Positions 29,036 to 44,344 of a stretch of 64,000 bases of DNA are shown here, in pieces. Position numbers and translations under genes: made by a program. The notes beneath the pieces are model-generated. The model saw only the letters and a program-made list of their open reading frames with translations, ran no database searches and was not told the DNA's origin. Source of the DNA: the human T2T-CHM13v2.0 reference genome, Homo sapiens; assembly GCF_009914755.1 (NCBI RefSeq), contig NC_060925.1, one strand, 5' to 3'. Numbering within the stretch: position 1 is the stretch's first letter; each line of letters opens with the position of its first letter.

Positions 29036-29319
29036 AGTGTTCTATGTTGAGCCACTTCCCAAGGTCCCTTCCAGCACACAGGTGCCAAATTGGCTGTTTC
29101 ACGATGGTGAGAAAGATCAACTCATTTATATTAGAAACACATCCCTGAGCCCCTGCCAGACCTGAGCTGAGCCCTGTAAGGGGATGTAAAGATGAAAAAG
29201 TCATGTTTCCTGCATGAGTGAACTCACAAGGGCTGGCACAGATTCCTTCTCCCCACTCAGAGAAGGGGGCAGCAAGTGTTTGCTGGCAGCACTGTGCTCT
29301 CAGACAGTGCAGTGAAGTG

Positions 29320-29540
29320 TTCACGGCACGGACTCTGGAGCCAGATTGCCTGATCCTAACACTACTGGCTCCATGATCCTGGGCAAATTACCGAACCACC
29401 CTGTGCCTCAGTTACCTCATCTGGGGATGATGATAATAACTGCTGCATAGAGGTCACTGTGAGGCTGCAGTGGGTTCGTATATGCAACATGCATGGAATC
29501 CTGCCTAGCACCCAGCACACTATGTAACTATTAGCTATTC
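29320..29540 (+). mobile_element. MIR SINE
   Basis: ggactctggagccagattgcctg...gggcaaattaccgaaccaccctgtgcctcagttacctcatctg...cctagcacccagcacac. Confidence 0.75.
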
Positions 29541-32119
29541 TTATTTGTAGCATTATTAATGGATCTGGTCTCGGTCTTTCTGTAAAATGACAGTTGGGCT
29601 CAGTGATGTCTAAACTTCCTTCTGGCCCTAAACTTTCACGAAGATGCTTCCTGCTGTCACCTCATGAGGATGGCTGTTCTCACAAGAATTGACTGAGCAC
29701 CTGCTGTGTGTCCAGCCTTTGTCTTCCGGTAAGTCCCACTGTGGAGTCCCACCATATTTGATGACTGTGAAAGGGACTTCACATCCTTCCCCTCTGGGGC
29801 CTCAGTCTTCATCTGAGACTGAAATGAGAAGCCTCTAAAGTCTCATCCAGCTCCGATGATTTGATTCTTGGAGGGTGAGGCCTGAGATCCGGGCATATGT
29901 TCGGTGTGGGCCTCCTGTGCAGGCACCTCACTTCTGGGAGGTAGTGGAATGTTTATCATCACACTATGCCCTCTCTTTACTGGGTCCTTGGCCCTCCAGC
30001 AGATCTGGCTGTTGCCTGTCCCAGCTCATCCACGAACACATCCCACTCAAGACTCCAGCCTCACATGCTGCCTGCTCCACCAACAGCCACAGAGAGCTGC
30101 TGCTCTCCAAAGCTGGTTATGATTGCCTTTAAGGAGGAGCTAGCAGGGTCCTGTGGCCTAACATGAGCTCAGGATGAAGGGTACCAGCATCAGCACCTCC
30201 TGGCTGGGAGAGCAGGCCATGCATGCATCCTGGGAAGGCCTGAGCTGCAAGGCCGGAAGAAACTAGGCTGGGTTAGGAGAAATTAATGTTGGGGCCAGGG
30301 TTGGGTGGAGGTTTTATTTAACCTGGAAATACACCCTCAGCACAGAAAGCGTAACAGAGAGACTGGATCAGCGTGGATTTGCGGGGGCTGGCTGAAAGCC
30401 GAGTGAAGCCTTCCTTTCCTCCCTTGCACAGGGAGATCAGGGAATGAGGAGCCCTTTATTCTGTCCACCCAACTGTCTCCTTGATGGTCTGGGCCAAAGG
30501 AAGCTTCTGCTCTGCTTCAAAGTTAGTCACCAAGCAGCTTTCTCACTCCACTTTGCTGCCTTCCTTACAGTTCAGCAAGAACTGAGGACCCAGGAGAGGA
30601 CCTATGGTACCAGGCCTGGTGTGGTGTGGGCGGGCGATGCTTGCCTTGCTTTTAGCATCTACCTGTGATATGTTTCTGCAGCAAGGGGAACATTCCAGGC
30701 AATTCATGGGCCCTGAGAGGCACAGACAGGGGAGGCAGCACTAGGAGGCAAGTCTCTTACCTTGCCGAGCCTCAGTTTCTCTTTCTCCCTGCTCCGTACC
30801 CTTACAGAGCCATACTGGAGAGCAGAGGAGACAATGGATTGAAAGGGTTTAATAAACTACAAAGGATCATTTGTTCATTCATTCATTCATTCAACAAAAA
30901 TGTGTTGATGGCCCTCTGAGCAGCCAGCCCCCCACCCACCCACCCATGAGGATCCTGAAGGGAAACTACAGGGCACTATGGGAGCAACTGGCTGAGAGGC
31001 TCACCTGGTGGCTCTAATCAGGGAGCTGTCATCTCTGAACAGGAGACAGTACCCAGCACAGCACCAGCTGGAGACTCACCCTCCTCCTTCCCCAGTGCAG
31101 CTGAGCCTGGGTTTTTCCAGACATAGGTTTTCCCCAGCAATTAGAAAGCCCTAATGGCTGCTCAAAGGGTTCCCTCTGCTTCTAACTGCCGCCCGACAGG
31201 CCAAGCCATGGCAACGTGACTGCCTGGCCAAACTCTTCAAATACAAAATTAAAACCATCTACTCCGTAATAAAGAATCGCATCTGGTTACTATAGTAACT
31301 GGGTTCACTCTGGGCAGGAATGGAAGCAACGAGTAACAGATTCCTTTGATTGCCTGATGAGGAGTGGGATTGTAAGTAAGAGCTGAAGGGGAGAATGCAC
31401 CGGCAGCTCTGCCCAGCGAGACGGGAGGGTGCTGGTCCCCAGCTGCCTCTCAGGTGCCCCGCCTTGGTTGTGGCTTGCTGGTGCAGGGAAGGTGGGGGCC
31501 ACATGGGGTAGTGGAGCTGGAGGTGGGAGAGCTAGCCTGAAGTCCCCCACATCCAGGTATTAGCCATGTGATCTCAGGCCGTGCGTGACTTCTCCGAGCT
31601 TGTTTCCACATCTCCAACAGGGGAACACTGACTGACCTTGGCCCTGCCTGCCTCCTGGGGTTAGTGTTAGGATCCAATAATACAGATAAAAAGTTGGACA
31701 GTGCTTTACTCACTGCTCTAAAAATGTGAGGGATTATTAAGCTGGCTGGCCTGGGGGCACTCGTAAACAGTGTGTGTAAAGAGCGGGTGTTTTGAGTAGG
31801 GGGTGGGGGAGAGTTTTCAGGCTGCAGGTTAAAAGCTTCTGCTAGACAGGGCTCCGCTGCAAGGTTTTCTGCATCTGCAGGGTGGGATGTGTCCCAGAAG
31901 ATCCCATTGCTGTCCCACGTGAGGACACTCTATGCTTCCTTCCTTCTGACCCTTGGAATCACAGCTCTCCAAGTGTGGCCTCGCTCCCTCCCGATTCAGA
32001 GCAAGTAGCAGATACCCCAACCCTGCTGTTTCCTCACTCTGGGTCCCATTCATTCCTAACAAAGCACAATCCCAATTATTGATTTGCATGTGTGAGGTTT
32101 TGCTGTCTCTCCCCTTAGA

Positions 32120-32300
32120 CATGGTTCTCAACCTACTTGCGTCGCACATTAGAATGACTTGGAGGGCTTGTTCAAAAATACCCATGCCCAGGCCCAGGCC
32201 CACCCCAGGCCAAGTAATCAGAATCTCTGGGGGTGGAGCCCTGGCACGGGTGTTCTTCTTAAGGCTCCCAGGTGAGTCTAAAATGTAACCAGGGTTGGGA
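32120..32300. mobile_element. MER5A-like hAT-Charlie element
   Basis: catggttctcaacct...cacattagaatgacttggagggctt...atcagaatctctgggggtggagccc...ctcccaggtgagtcta. Confidence 0.75.
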
Positions 32301-33859
32301 CCCCCCAACCAGTCACAGTTGGAGCTCCAAAGAGACAAGCGCTGTGTCTTCCTTGTTCCCTGTGGCATCTCCAGAGCCTAGCCCAGATCTTAGCACTTAG
32401 TAGGTGTTCAATAAATGCTTATTTAGTGAATTAGTAACTCCCACTTACTGCGTGCCCCTGGACTAATCTTCCCTCTCTTGGGCTCAGCGTCCTCCTCTGA
32501 GGAATGAGGGAATAGACTAGACAATCCCCAAGGTACCTCCTGCTCTAAGAAGCCATAATTCTGTGGTTCTACACAGACCCTCTTGCTCGCACCTCCTGCC
32601 TCATCTGTGTTCTCGGTGCACCTGAGCTCTCCAGGGACAGGAACCGTGCCTGGCTCATCTCACCCCACTCCCATGCCTGAGACGTTGCCTGGCACAGAGT
32701 GGGCAGTCAGTAGAATCTTGGTGAATAAAGGGGTGTGTAGGCGGATGACTGTGTCATATGAAGAAAAGGACAGATTGCCTGTGGCCCTTGTTAACCACCC
32801 AGAATGGAAATTCCTGTTGAAAATCCATTCCTAAGCCTGTGACTCACAAAGGACCTGACAATTCATCTCACACCATGGGAAGGGACACCCTCTTATTCCC
32901 AAAGGGTGGTTCAACCTGGAATAAACTGTCCCAGGTGACCTCCAAGCCTTAGAAAGTTCTAGAGCAAGTCTGGAACCAGGATCTTGAGTAGCACTGGACC
33001 AGAGGGGCTCGGGGAGTGTGTATGTGGCTCCACAAAGGACTATCCTCCCCTAGGGCTTAGTCTCAGTCATCCAGCCCTGATTCTAGACCAGCTTGACTGT
33101 TGGCCTCTGATGGATTCTGGAGAAGTACTGAGGTGATGTGGACAGAGTGTGGCATGGGGCAGGGAGTACCGTGGGCCCTCAAGTGGTCTGTTCTGGCCTG
33201 TTCCAGAGCAGGAGAAGCCACAGAGGCCCAGGGCTGACAAACGAGTCTCTTCCTGATGAGGCATAGGTTTGCTCCTTGTACTCTGGCTTCCCTGAATGGG
33301 AAAAGGAAAGCCACATTCTTCGAGTCACTGACTCTTTCTGCCTCCTAAGCCTAAAAAAGTGATTTCACTCATTGAGGGTATGACTGACCTGAAGATGCAA
33401 TGTGTCAGTACCACAGTCTCTGGTTTCCTGAAAATTCCATTCTTTCCTCAGATAGTTGCTCTGTCCAGAGGTGGCTCTAGGCCTAATCCCTCTACCACTT
33501 AACTGGTGGTTCTGAGAACTTGCCGGATTTTCAGCCGTTAGTATAATTCTGAGAGCTCTGGGAGGGAGATTTTATGCAACAGTGATTCCAAACTTTCCTT
33601 TAAGGAGCTTGTAATTAGAGAAAAAGGAGAACTAACCCAACTCAGTTCAATATAATAATTATTAAGAATCAACAAGGTTAGGCCATTGTGGGTATATAAA
33701 TCTGAATCAAACACATGTCCCATGAATCAGTGCACAATCTCAAGTAGTTCTAGCAAAAGACATGCATGATTAGGATGCAATTTGAAAAGCTTCTTGGGTT
33801 ACATAGGGCTTCAGCAGCGCCCGGAAGGCATGCATCAGACACACCAGAGGGGGCAGCTT

Positions 33860-34625
<766 letters not shown>

Positions 34626-35541
34626 AAACTAATTCTTATATTTGGCACATATTAGAAAAGCCAGGTCATGTGCCTACTGTGCCCAACATTTTCCTTTTAG
34701 ATTCTTATGCCACAGCCCCTAGCAGGAACCCTCACCCGTCCCCACCTTCCCACTCCACTCAGTTATATTTGCTGGCCAGTCCTTCTCAAGTAACTGGGTG
34801 ACTGGATGGGGAGGAGATCAGGGTCAAGGGCCATTCCTTGATGGCCATTCCCCCATCCCCACTCTCCCCATGGACACATGATTTGAGATATCAAAGAATA
34901 ACTCAGAGCATTTAAAAAGTTATTTTGCAAGCAGTTTAGTTGTTTTGCATACAAAGTGTTTTCTCAGATGTGAGGAAGTCAGCTGGTAGACTGAATCAGG
35001 GAACAAGGGCACAACAGAATTAATGGGCAGGGGGGCCGCTGGAGAAAAACAGCAGGGAGTCTGGGAGCAGTGGACCTTGTTGGCAAATGCTGAGGGTAAA
35101 TGGATTCGCTGGCAGCTAACAAAGAGGTCAGCATGGCATTCCATCCTTGGACGGCCAGCGAGGGATAGTACAGAAAGCACTTTCAGTTATTCAGGGATTC
35201 TTCAGAAGCCCTTGGCTTTCAGCTGTGGGTGTGTCACAGGCCCTCTCCCTTGTCACCTGCACCTCAGGGAGTCCAGGTCTGACCTTTCCCTGGTTAGAGT
35301 GTCTCGCCAAGCAAAGATGTCATCACCAGCTCACCACAAGGCCAACGCTGAAGGCCATCTGGACACCTCAGGACAGGGCCGTTCAGCTGCAATCTCTGCA
35401 GGGCCTGGGACAGGCTGCCTTGACAAGGAGACAAGGACACTACCCAGTGCCTCCAGCAGCCACATGGCACAGCCCGAGCTTCAGACTTGCGAGGCCTCCC
35501 CACATTTCCTGCAAAGGGGTAGGCATGCAGGGAAGCTTGCC

Positions 35542-35582
35542 TTTTTTCTTTTTTTCTTTTTTTTTTTTTTTTTTTTTTTTTT
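35542..35582. repeat. Poly(T) tract without associated SINE body
   Basis: ttttttctttttttc followed by ~26 T. Confidence 0.9.
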
Positions 35583-37094
35583 AGGATAAGTTTAGAGTCG
35601 ATTCATTGGATTCACTCGTTTTCCCCCCCATTCTATTTTGAAAGACTTGAGACCTTTCTGATTTTTTATTTAAGCAAAATCTGTCATTAAAATGTTCTCA
35701 GCTATCAGGGAGGAGAGCGTATTCCTGCTTAGACACTTTCTGACCAACCTGAAAAACTTTCACTCTTGCACAACTGTGAATTTCTCTAAATTAAGGGAGA
35801 GAAAATGGAAAAAGCCTTTTTGTGTACTGTTCTCTCTCTGTGGGGAGAAGAACTTCCGGGAAAATTTCCATCATTTAAAAAAACGACACAGAAACAAAGC
35901 AAGAAGAAAAAATTACAGATTTTCTTAAGATATATTATTTATATATACAATATGTTTTATATTTTATATATATATATATACATATATAAATTTAAACACC
36001 CTGGAGCATATATTCTGCATGTACACCATTACTACGGGGGTTACCATGGAAGCAACATCAAAAATCCTGTAGTACCTAATTAGGTTTCCCTGCGGACAGG
36101 AGCTGATTGCCAGTGACGAAATGAACTTCTGGGTTTGCAGCAATGGTTGGTAAAATTACCAGTCAGCAAATGCTCCATGGAACTAGAGGAAGAAAGGGAG
36201 GCGGGTGGGGGTTGGGAAGCAAAGGTGGAAAAATGGTGGCTCTAAAAGAGGCCAGCCAGTGAACAGGCCTTGTCAGGGAAGTCTATGATTCTACCATAAA
36301 CAAGATGCTTAGGGCGTTGGGGTCCACGCTACCCCGCTCTGTGTCTAAGAAGAAATTGTCCTCATCTGAAACCATCCCACTCCCTGGGCCATGTGTGATG
36401 TCCCACAGTGGCTCTTTGGTCCGGCCAGGATAGGCTTCTCCTGAGCGCTTCGCCAGAGCTCACTTTTGGTCTCTTGCAGTGTGTAATGACCACTCATGGG
36501 GGTTATGGAGTCTGAAGTTTGTTTGGGACTAACAGAGACCAGTGGTGATCATAAATCCTTTCCCCTGTCCTCAGTTCTCAGAGAAAGAAAGCCAAGTTTC
36601 GGCATTTGAGCGAGCCACTATTTTTTACTCACGTAGCAGGAATTTCTTGATCCCTGAGCACGTCACCACTAGGGATAGAGCATCCCACCTCTGGCCATCT
36701 GTGTGTGGCAAGTCTCTGGACCTCAGATTCCTCAGTGTAATGTGAAGACTTGGATGCAATTTGTGGTTTTCCATTTTCTCTGGGCTGTGGGGCCATTTCT
36801 TTCATAAGATTTTTCATGTACGCCCAACATGGGAAACAGACAAATTCAGAGCTGTTGTAGTTGAAAGGGTAGAGAAGAACATTCAAAGATCAACTCACTC
36901 ACCTCCTCCTCCAGCCTAGGTCTCTGTAGTGGACCCCATGCTCTCCATAGAACCCTTTGACTGGAAATCCTTTGGATGGACCAGCTGGTCTCTAGTTGTA
37001 AGGAGAGACAAGGTGTGATGCTGGAAATCAAGTGTTTGGGGTCTGGTTCAAGAGGTGCTCGATGCACAGGCAGGGAGCTTTGCCCCGATCAGCT

Positions 37095-37550
37095 TATTCA
37101 CTCATTCATTCATTGAGCATGAGTTGAGCCCCCATTATGTGACAGTCCTTGGTAAGCTCTAGGGATATAGCAAGACAAGTAGACAAGGCCCCTGTCCCCA
37201 CAGAGCTTACATTTCAGGGGAGGAAAACAGATATTAAACAGGTAAACCATTTAATTTTAGAGAGTGATGCCTGCCAGGAAGAGAATAAGACAGGGCAAAG
37301 GAAATGAGAGAAGTCCCAGACAGCCAGGACAGGGAGGGCTCTCTATGGAAGGGACCTCTGAATCCAAAGTGAGCCTTGCAAAGGTATGCATTACAGAGGG
37401 GACAGCATGTGCAAAAACCCCAAGGCAGGATGGAGCTTAGAGAGTTGGAGAGATAAAAGAAAGAAGACCAATGTGAGAAAGAAGTGAGGGATGATACCAG
37501 GTGAGACCAAGAAGGTAGCAGGACCCAGATCATTGGGACCTTGGATGTCA
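37095..37550 (-). mobile_element. L2 LINE 3' fragment
   Basis: attcactcattcattcattgagc...agacaaggcccctgtccccacagagcttacatt...cagcatgtgcaaaaacccc. Confidence 0.7.
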
Positions 37551-37659
37551 CAGAAGGAGCTTCCTCAAAGGACAGGAGACCACAGACCCACTCCCACCAG
37601 GGCCATGTGCACCATGTCACCACTTTCTGAAAACACACTGCCCACAGGTTAAATATGCA

Positions 37660-38012
37660 CCACAGCTCGGGCCTCCGAAACAAAATATCATAGACTGGGT
37701 AACTCAAAAAACAGAAATGTATTTTTTCACAGTTCTGGAGGCTGGAAGTCTGAGATCAGGGTGCCAACACGGTCAGGCTCTCTTCCCGGCTTGCAGGTGG
37801 CTGCCATCTCACTGTGTCCTCACATGGCAGAGAAAGGGAGAGGGATCTCTCTTTTTCTCTTCTCCTAGAGCTGCAGTCCTATAGGACTAGACCTCATCCT
37901 TATGACCTTATTTAAACTTAATTACCTCCCACAGACCCTTTCTCCAAGGCAGTTACATTGGAGGTTAGGGCCTCAACAAATGCGTTTTGGGGAGACACAA
38001 TTCAGTTCATAG
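37660..38012 (-). mobile_element. MaLR LTR (MLT1A/B-like)
   Basis: aacagaaatgtattttttcacagttctggaggctggaagtctgagatcagggtgcca...ttttggggagacacaattcagttcatagc. Confidence 0.8.
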
Positions 38013-38298
38013 CTATTTCCTTTTGTGTCAAAATTACCCAAAAGCCAGACTGTGGGCCGAGCCAGGTGATTCTGCACATACCATTTCATTGCCATCTCAT
38101 AATGTCCCTGTAAGGGAGTCATACATCCATTTAGCAGATGAAGAAACCCAAACCAAGACAGGTTCAATCAATTGCCTGGGGCTTGCAGCATTCTGTGTCT
38201 TCCAAGTCCCACGCCCTTTCACCTGCCAGCCTGCTAAGCAGGCACTCTATTTGGGGGCTGGCCAGTTTGGGCTTTACTTTGTCTTCTAAAGAAAACTC

Positions 38299-38681
<383 letters not shown>

Positions 38682-40094
38682 TTAAAATAAACTGGGTTCT
38701 ATCCCTGGTGTCCACACCACCTGGGAAACCCACATCGTTATCTGTAATCTAGACTGGGCTATGTTTGTGGAACTAAGACCACGGCTTTCATTTCCACAGA
38801 TACAATATCCATTTATCATCTTTCCCTTCCTCCTCTTCCCGCCAGTGAACAGGCCTCTATGGAGACCTGGTGATGGGGTCCCTAGCGAGGAAGAGACCAT
38901 CTTAGTTTAGGAGCCCACTTATGCACCCCAGCATGTTTGCTAATGAAGAAGATTCCTCTGGACAGGCTTGGGGTGGGGTCAGAGGAGACCAACACAGGGC
39001 TTAATATATGTGCCCTAGAAATGAACAGGAACACTGGAGATGGGGGATTGTGAGCTGTGGGACTGGAAGGAGAGGGGAGCTGGCTAAGCAGCACCTTGGG
39101 CCAGTCCCATGAGAGGGGGAGGCCGGAGCCCACTGAGGACTTGACCACCCATGAGACAGGGACAGTGCTGAGACTGTAAGATCAGGAGCATGTGGCGTTC
39201 AGCGCTGTCTTATCTGTTGTGCCACCACCACCTCACCCCTTCCCCTTGCTCCAGATCCATGGAAATGTCAGCTAACCTAGAGGCCTTGGTCATGGGTCCC
39301 TCGAGGAGCAACAGGAACAGGAAGGGTGCCTAAAGCGGTTACTAAGTACAGGATGGAGGTGGAGAATTCAGCAGAAAGAGTTTGGCATCAGATGAGCTGT
39401 CAAGAGAGAAATGGAAGTTTCCAAGCCCCCAGAGACCAGTGGAAAGACACCGGGTCCCCTCCTGTGTGGGGTGGGAGTTTGTAACCAATTATATTTGAAG
39501 CAGTAAGGCCAAGTGACCCCGGCCAATCCTTGGGTTGCTGTGGCCACACCTTGGTCTCATCATGTGCTCCACCCCAGCCATCTTTACATTGCTGCCAGAG
39601 CAAATGTTCTAAAATACAAACCAAATCATGTCACCTCCCCTTCTAGAACCTTTCCGTGGCAACCCAGAGTGTCCACCCTCCTAGCTGCACTTGGCCAAAA
39701 GGGCCTTTTCCCACCTGGCACCAGCTGGCCCCTCTATCCCCATCACCTGCCACACCCGGTGTCTCATCCCAGCTAAACCAAGTTACCAGTAACCCCTAAG
39801 CTTGCGCCCTTCCATCTTCTGTACAAGCACTCCCTCTTCTCAGCTTCTTCACCAGAGACCTCCAGATCCAGCGTCCCACCCTTCCACAGGCCTAAGCTGG
39901 TCCCTTCTGACTCCCAGGTGGGGCTGGGTGCCTTCCTCCAGTATTCCCCAGGCCCTGTGCCCCCTGCTTGTCACAGAGCCAATCCCCAAATGGCAGCTGG
40001 AGAAGGATGGCCAGACAGTTGGGGAGTGCTAGCCCCCGTTTCAGGGGGCGGAGGGAGCAGGGCGGCGGTCTCCATTAACAATGGTAACAGCAGG

Positions 40095-40290
40095 GGCCAT
40101 GTATTGCAGCCTCACTGTGCACCAGGTCCTGTGCTGTGTGCCTTACAGGCACCATCTCATTTAGTCCTTAACAGGGTTTTGAGACAGGTATTCTTATTTC
40201 TATTTTACAGACAGGGAAACTGAGGCTCGGAGAGGCTAAATAATTTACTACAGGTCATACAGTTAATAAGGGGCAGACCTAGGCTCTACA
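40095..40290 (-). mobile_element. MIR SINE
   Basis: attttacagacagggaaactgaggctcggagaggctaaataattt...ggtcatacagttaataag. Confidence 0.75.
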
Positions 40291-40925
40291 GCCAGGGCAG
40301 GCAGCTCTCTTGACTACTGTGTGTGCTGCCCCAGGCTGTGCTAGGAAGGCTTGTTGGGCTGAGCCCCAGTGTTTGCCTATCCCAGGCCAGGCCAATAGGT
40401 GTTTCTGGTTCTTTGTGTGCCTTGGCAGATCCAGGAGTCAAAGGTTTCTGTGCATCTGCTAAGTCTGGGGTAAGAGGTATCGTTTTCTCAACAGGAAGTT
40501 TCTGATAAGTTTCTTTCCTTTTGACACATGAAAGGATCCTGCTGAATGTTTGGGGGTAGGGGAGGAACAGCATCATCACTGGGGCTGCTGGGCCCTGATT
40601 GGTTCTAAGTCACCTGTTTACCACTAAGGGAGAAATTCTTTAACCCTGGCTTAGGGGATATTTTTAGCAACTAAAAATAAATAGGTTTTTGGATCTTTGA
40701 ACAGCCTAGGGAGCTGAAGAACTGAGGTCAGGACCAGGTGGTGGTGGTGGGCAGGGAGTGTTTGTTTTTTCCCCAACTGACTAAAAGGCCCTTCACCTCC
40801 TTCCCAAGGGCCAGCTGCACTGTCACCCCTTCAGGGGGAGCTTTTCCTGATCTCCCAGTGGCGGGGGCAGCACTTCAAACAGCAACAAGCCATTTGGTGA
40901 GTCCAACTTGTTGGCTGGGGCCTAA

Positions 40926-41268
<343 letters not shown>

Positions 41269-41679
41269 CCTAAGCACTTTTCTTTACATCAACTCTTTGA
41301 GTCTCACAATAGTCCCATAAGAAAAGTGAACATCCCCCAGACCTCATAGCAACTAAGTGGTGGAGACAGGATTTAAACCAAGAGGCCACACTCTCATCTA
41401 TTAAGTTTCCATTCTGGCCGAAACCTCCTTCTTGATCGTCCATCTGAGCCGCATTCCTGTCCACCTGCTTGTCAGCACCCTCACTAAAGCAGGGGTCCTT
41501 GAGGACAGACATCTCCTTGGTCACTGTCCTCCACAGTGCCAGGCACAGCGCCCAGGGCCACCCAAATGAATACATAAAGGGTTTAAGGTGTCAAAACTAT
41601 ATCAATGTGACTGTAAAGAAATATTTTAATTGTTCACCATTTTTATAATCCTCCTAAGGCAAAAGAGTCTTTTGTAACA

Positions 41680-42200
41680 TATGCACAAGATAGAAAAAGA
41701 AATCAAAGAATATTTTAAAAGAACTGCTTATTATAATTTTTTAAAAAACCCTGGAAACAACCTGAATACACATCAATAGGGAAACAGCTGAATATATTAT
41801 GGTACTCATACTGGGGAACATTATGTAGCTGTTTTTAAAAATGAAGTGGATCTATATGTATTGACTTAGAAAATGTTCATGATATATTGCTAAGTAAAAA
41901 GAGAAACTTACAGCATAATGGGTATAGTGTGATTCCTCTTTTTTAAAAAAGCAAACACCAACACATAAAAACAAAAATGCCCATATATGTGTATGCATGT
42001 TGGTACATTTTTGTATAAGCACACACAAAAGGTGCATTAATCACCTCTGGCTAAACACTAAATTGTTAACACTGGTACTACTGGGGACGCAGGGAGATGG
42101 GAATCAGGGAACCTATTGATTTTTTTCCTTTTGATAATGAGAACACACCTCTGTGTTAAAAGAAGCCTATATTGCTTTTGTAATTTAAAAAAACCCAATA
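41680..42200 (+). mobile_element. L1ME-like 3' end
   Basis: ctggaaacaacctgaatacacatcaataggga...atattatggtac...aaaatgaagtggatctatatgtattgac...gatatattgctaagtaaaaa. Confidence 0.75.
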
Positions 42201-42682
42201 AAGTATTTTTTAAAAGAGCTGTCATGGAGAAAGCCACTTGTGGCGCCTAATGGTGATGTTTTAAGCATGGCCATTCTTGGAGGAAAAATAATTGCCCAGG
42301 TCCTTTCCTGCCCTGTAATTTTCTGTGTAGAGCTTCAAATCCCCTGGGAGCCCCCAGGATTTTATGAATACAGCCCTGCTAGAAGTGTTCATAGCTGAGC
42401 TCCTCTCACAAGTCTCCCCCTCCAAGGCCAGCCTCATTACCAGATCCACAGCCCCTCTAACTAAGCCACCTTGTGAAAAATACTTCCAGGGCATGAAGAT
42501 TAAACAAGGCACTTATTTCAAGGCCACCTCTCCATGTGAATTCCTATCGTAGGCACTGAAAGCCGCGTTAGTCAGTGGCCCACTCCGCTCCCCCACTGAG
42601 GGCAGAGGCCTAGGCTCCCTGTGGGAAGTGGTGGCCCTCCCCACGGTTGAGAAAGGAAACCTGCTCCACCATTCCCTCCATT

Positions 42683-42726
42683 TGGGAGGGAGGGACCAGG
42701 GCCAGGGCCAGGGCCAGGGCCAGGGC
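42683..42726 (+). repeat. (CAGGGC)5 repeat preceded by (GGGA)3; G-quadruplex-forming
   Basis: gggagggagggaccagggccagggccagggccagggccagggc contains eight GGG runs. Confidence 0.85.
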
Positions 42727-44344
42727 ATGCGGCAGCCACCATCACCACAGCGACTGCTGCTGGTGAGAGGTCACTGCGGATCTGGCCTCAGCGTGCCAGG
42801 TACAATGCCAAGACCCGTGGGGTACAGCGGAGATCAGGATGCAAGTTCCTGATGAACCAGGAGCTTAGAACTGCGTGTCTGCTAGAGATGCGCAGAAGCA
42901 AACAAAGATATGGCTATGGAGAGGGCCAGTTTGGTGACTGGGGGCACTATTTGCAATTCGGGGTCTGTGCTGCTGTGTGTTCAATGCCCACAGGTACTGC
43001 CCTGGATCCAGACACCTGGAGCTCTGGCTCTGGGTCCCCCACACTAGAGGGCCCTGCTTGACCCCTTCTTAAGTCACACCACACCCCGTGGAGTCAGAAG
43101 CCCACAGGGCCAAGAGGCCTTGTCTGCCTCCACCTTCTAAACCCCCGTTTGGATATCCAGACGCCCAGAGTCCCCTGTCCAAAAAGGCCCCAGGCCTGCT
43201 TCCAGGGCCCACGCTGCCACTTTCTCTGTCCTCCCATAGGCTGACGCTGGCTGCTGGTAGGTACATCCCTAAGCCTGAGAAGCAGCCAAGGGGTAGCTGG
43301 AGGAGGGGGCAGGATGAAGTTTAGATCTGAGGGCTGTGGCATCCACAGTGCCCTCAGGGTCTTAGATTGGGTCAGGAGGGAGGCAAGAGAGGGGCATGCT
43401 AGGGTCTGGGGCCTCAGGGTCTAGGCGCCTCCACTGGAGGCTGGCCCAGGCCCTGAAGGAAACAGGGATGGATGGGCCTGTCGGTAACCCTTTCTGACTG
43501 TCTGGGATATGAATGACAGGAGCAGCAGCAGCTGCATTTTCTAGTTAGTTCTGAGGTCAGGCAAACAGGCCCCTGACACTGCCTCTCAGATGGGTTGTCC
43601 CACCTTCACCCACCTCTGTAGCAGGCACAGGTATACAGGCTTGCTCTGAGGCGCCTTCTGCCGAGTGCTGGCCATGTTGGAAGCACCATACAAAGTGGTT
43701 GAGTGGCCAAATGTTTGAAAAATGCTTCTCAGAGATTCATCAGGCTCATTAGCATATTAAAGCTTCTGAGACTTCTAAAGAAAAGAAAACAAGTCGGCTT
43801 TGAAATGCAGTTTCTCAAACTTATTTGACCTTGACTCTTGTTTTGAAGTAACAGCTATTAATATTTCAAGGAACACTGGGAAATGCAGGGTGTGAGGCAT
43901 TCAGTGTAACAGACAATGGAGGGTTCATTCCTTCAAGCATCCATGGTTCATTTTCATGAAGATTACCATAGTCTTCCTGAGAGGCACCAAATACTCCCCT
44001 GCCTTCCTGAACTGACTCCACGGAGCACAGCCCACGCCGCCAAACCCGTCAGCATCCACTCGCATCACCCCACAGCCTCCTGTGAGCCAGCCACCTTCAC
44101 GTGCTTTTTAGTTATTTTATTTAACAAATACTTAACACAGCGTTTACTAGGTTCCAGGTGCTAGTCTCAATGACTTACACATACTAGCTTCTTTACTCCT
44201 CATAGCAGCCCTTTTGTGGTGGGCCTTATTATTGAAAGATGAGGAAACTGAGGCATGAAGAGATTAAGTGACATGCCCAAGGTCACACAGCTGGTAAGTG
44301 GTTTACTCAGACCCAGGCAGTCTGGCCCCAGAGTCCACGTACAC

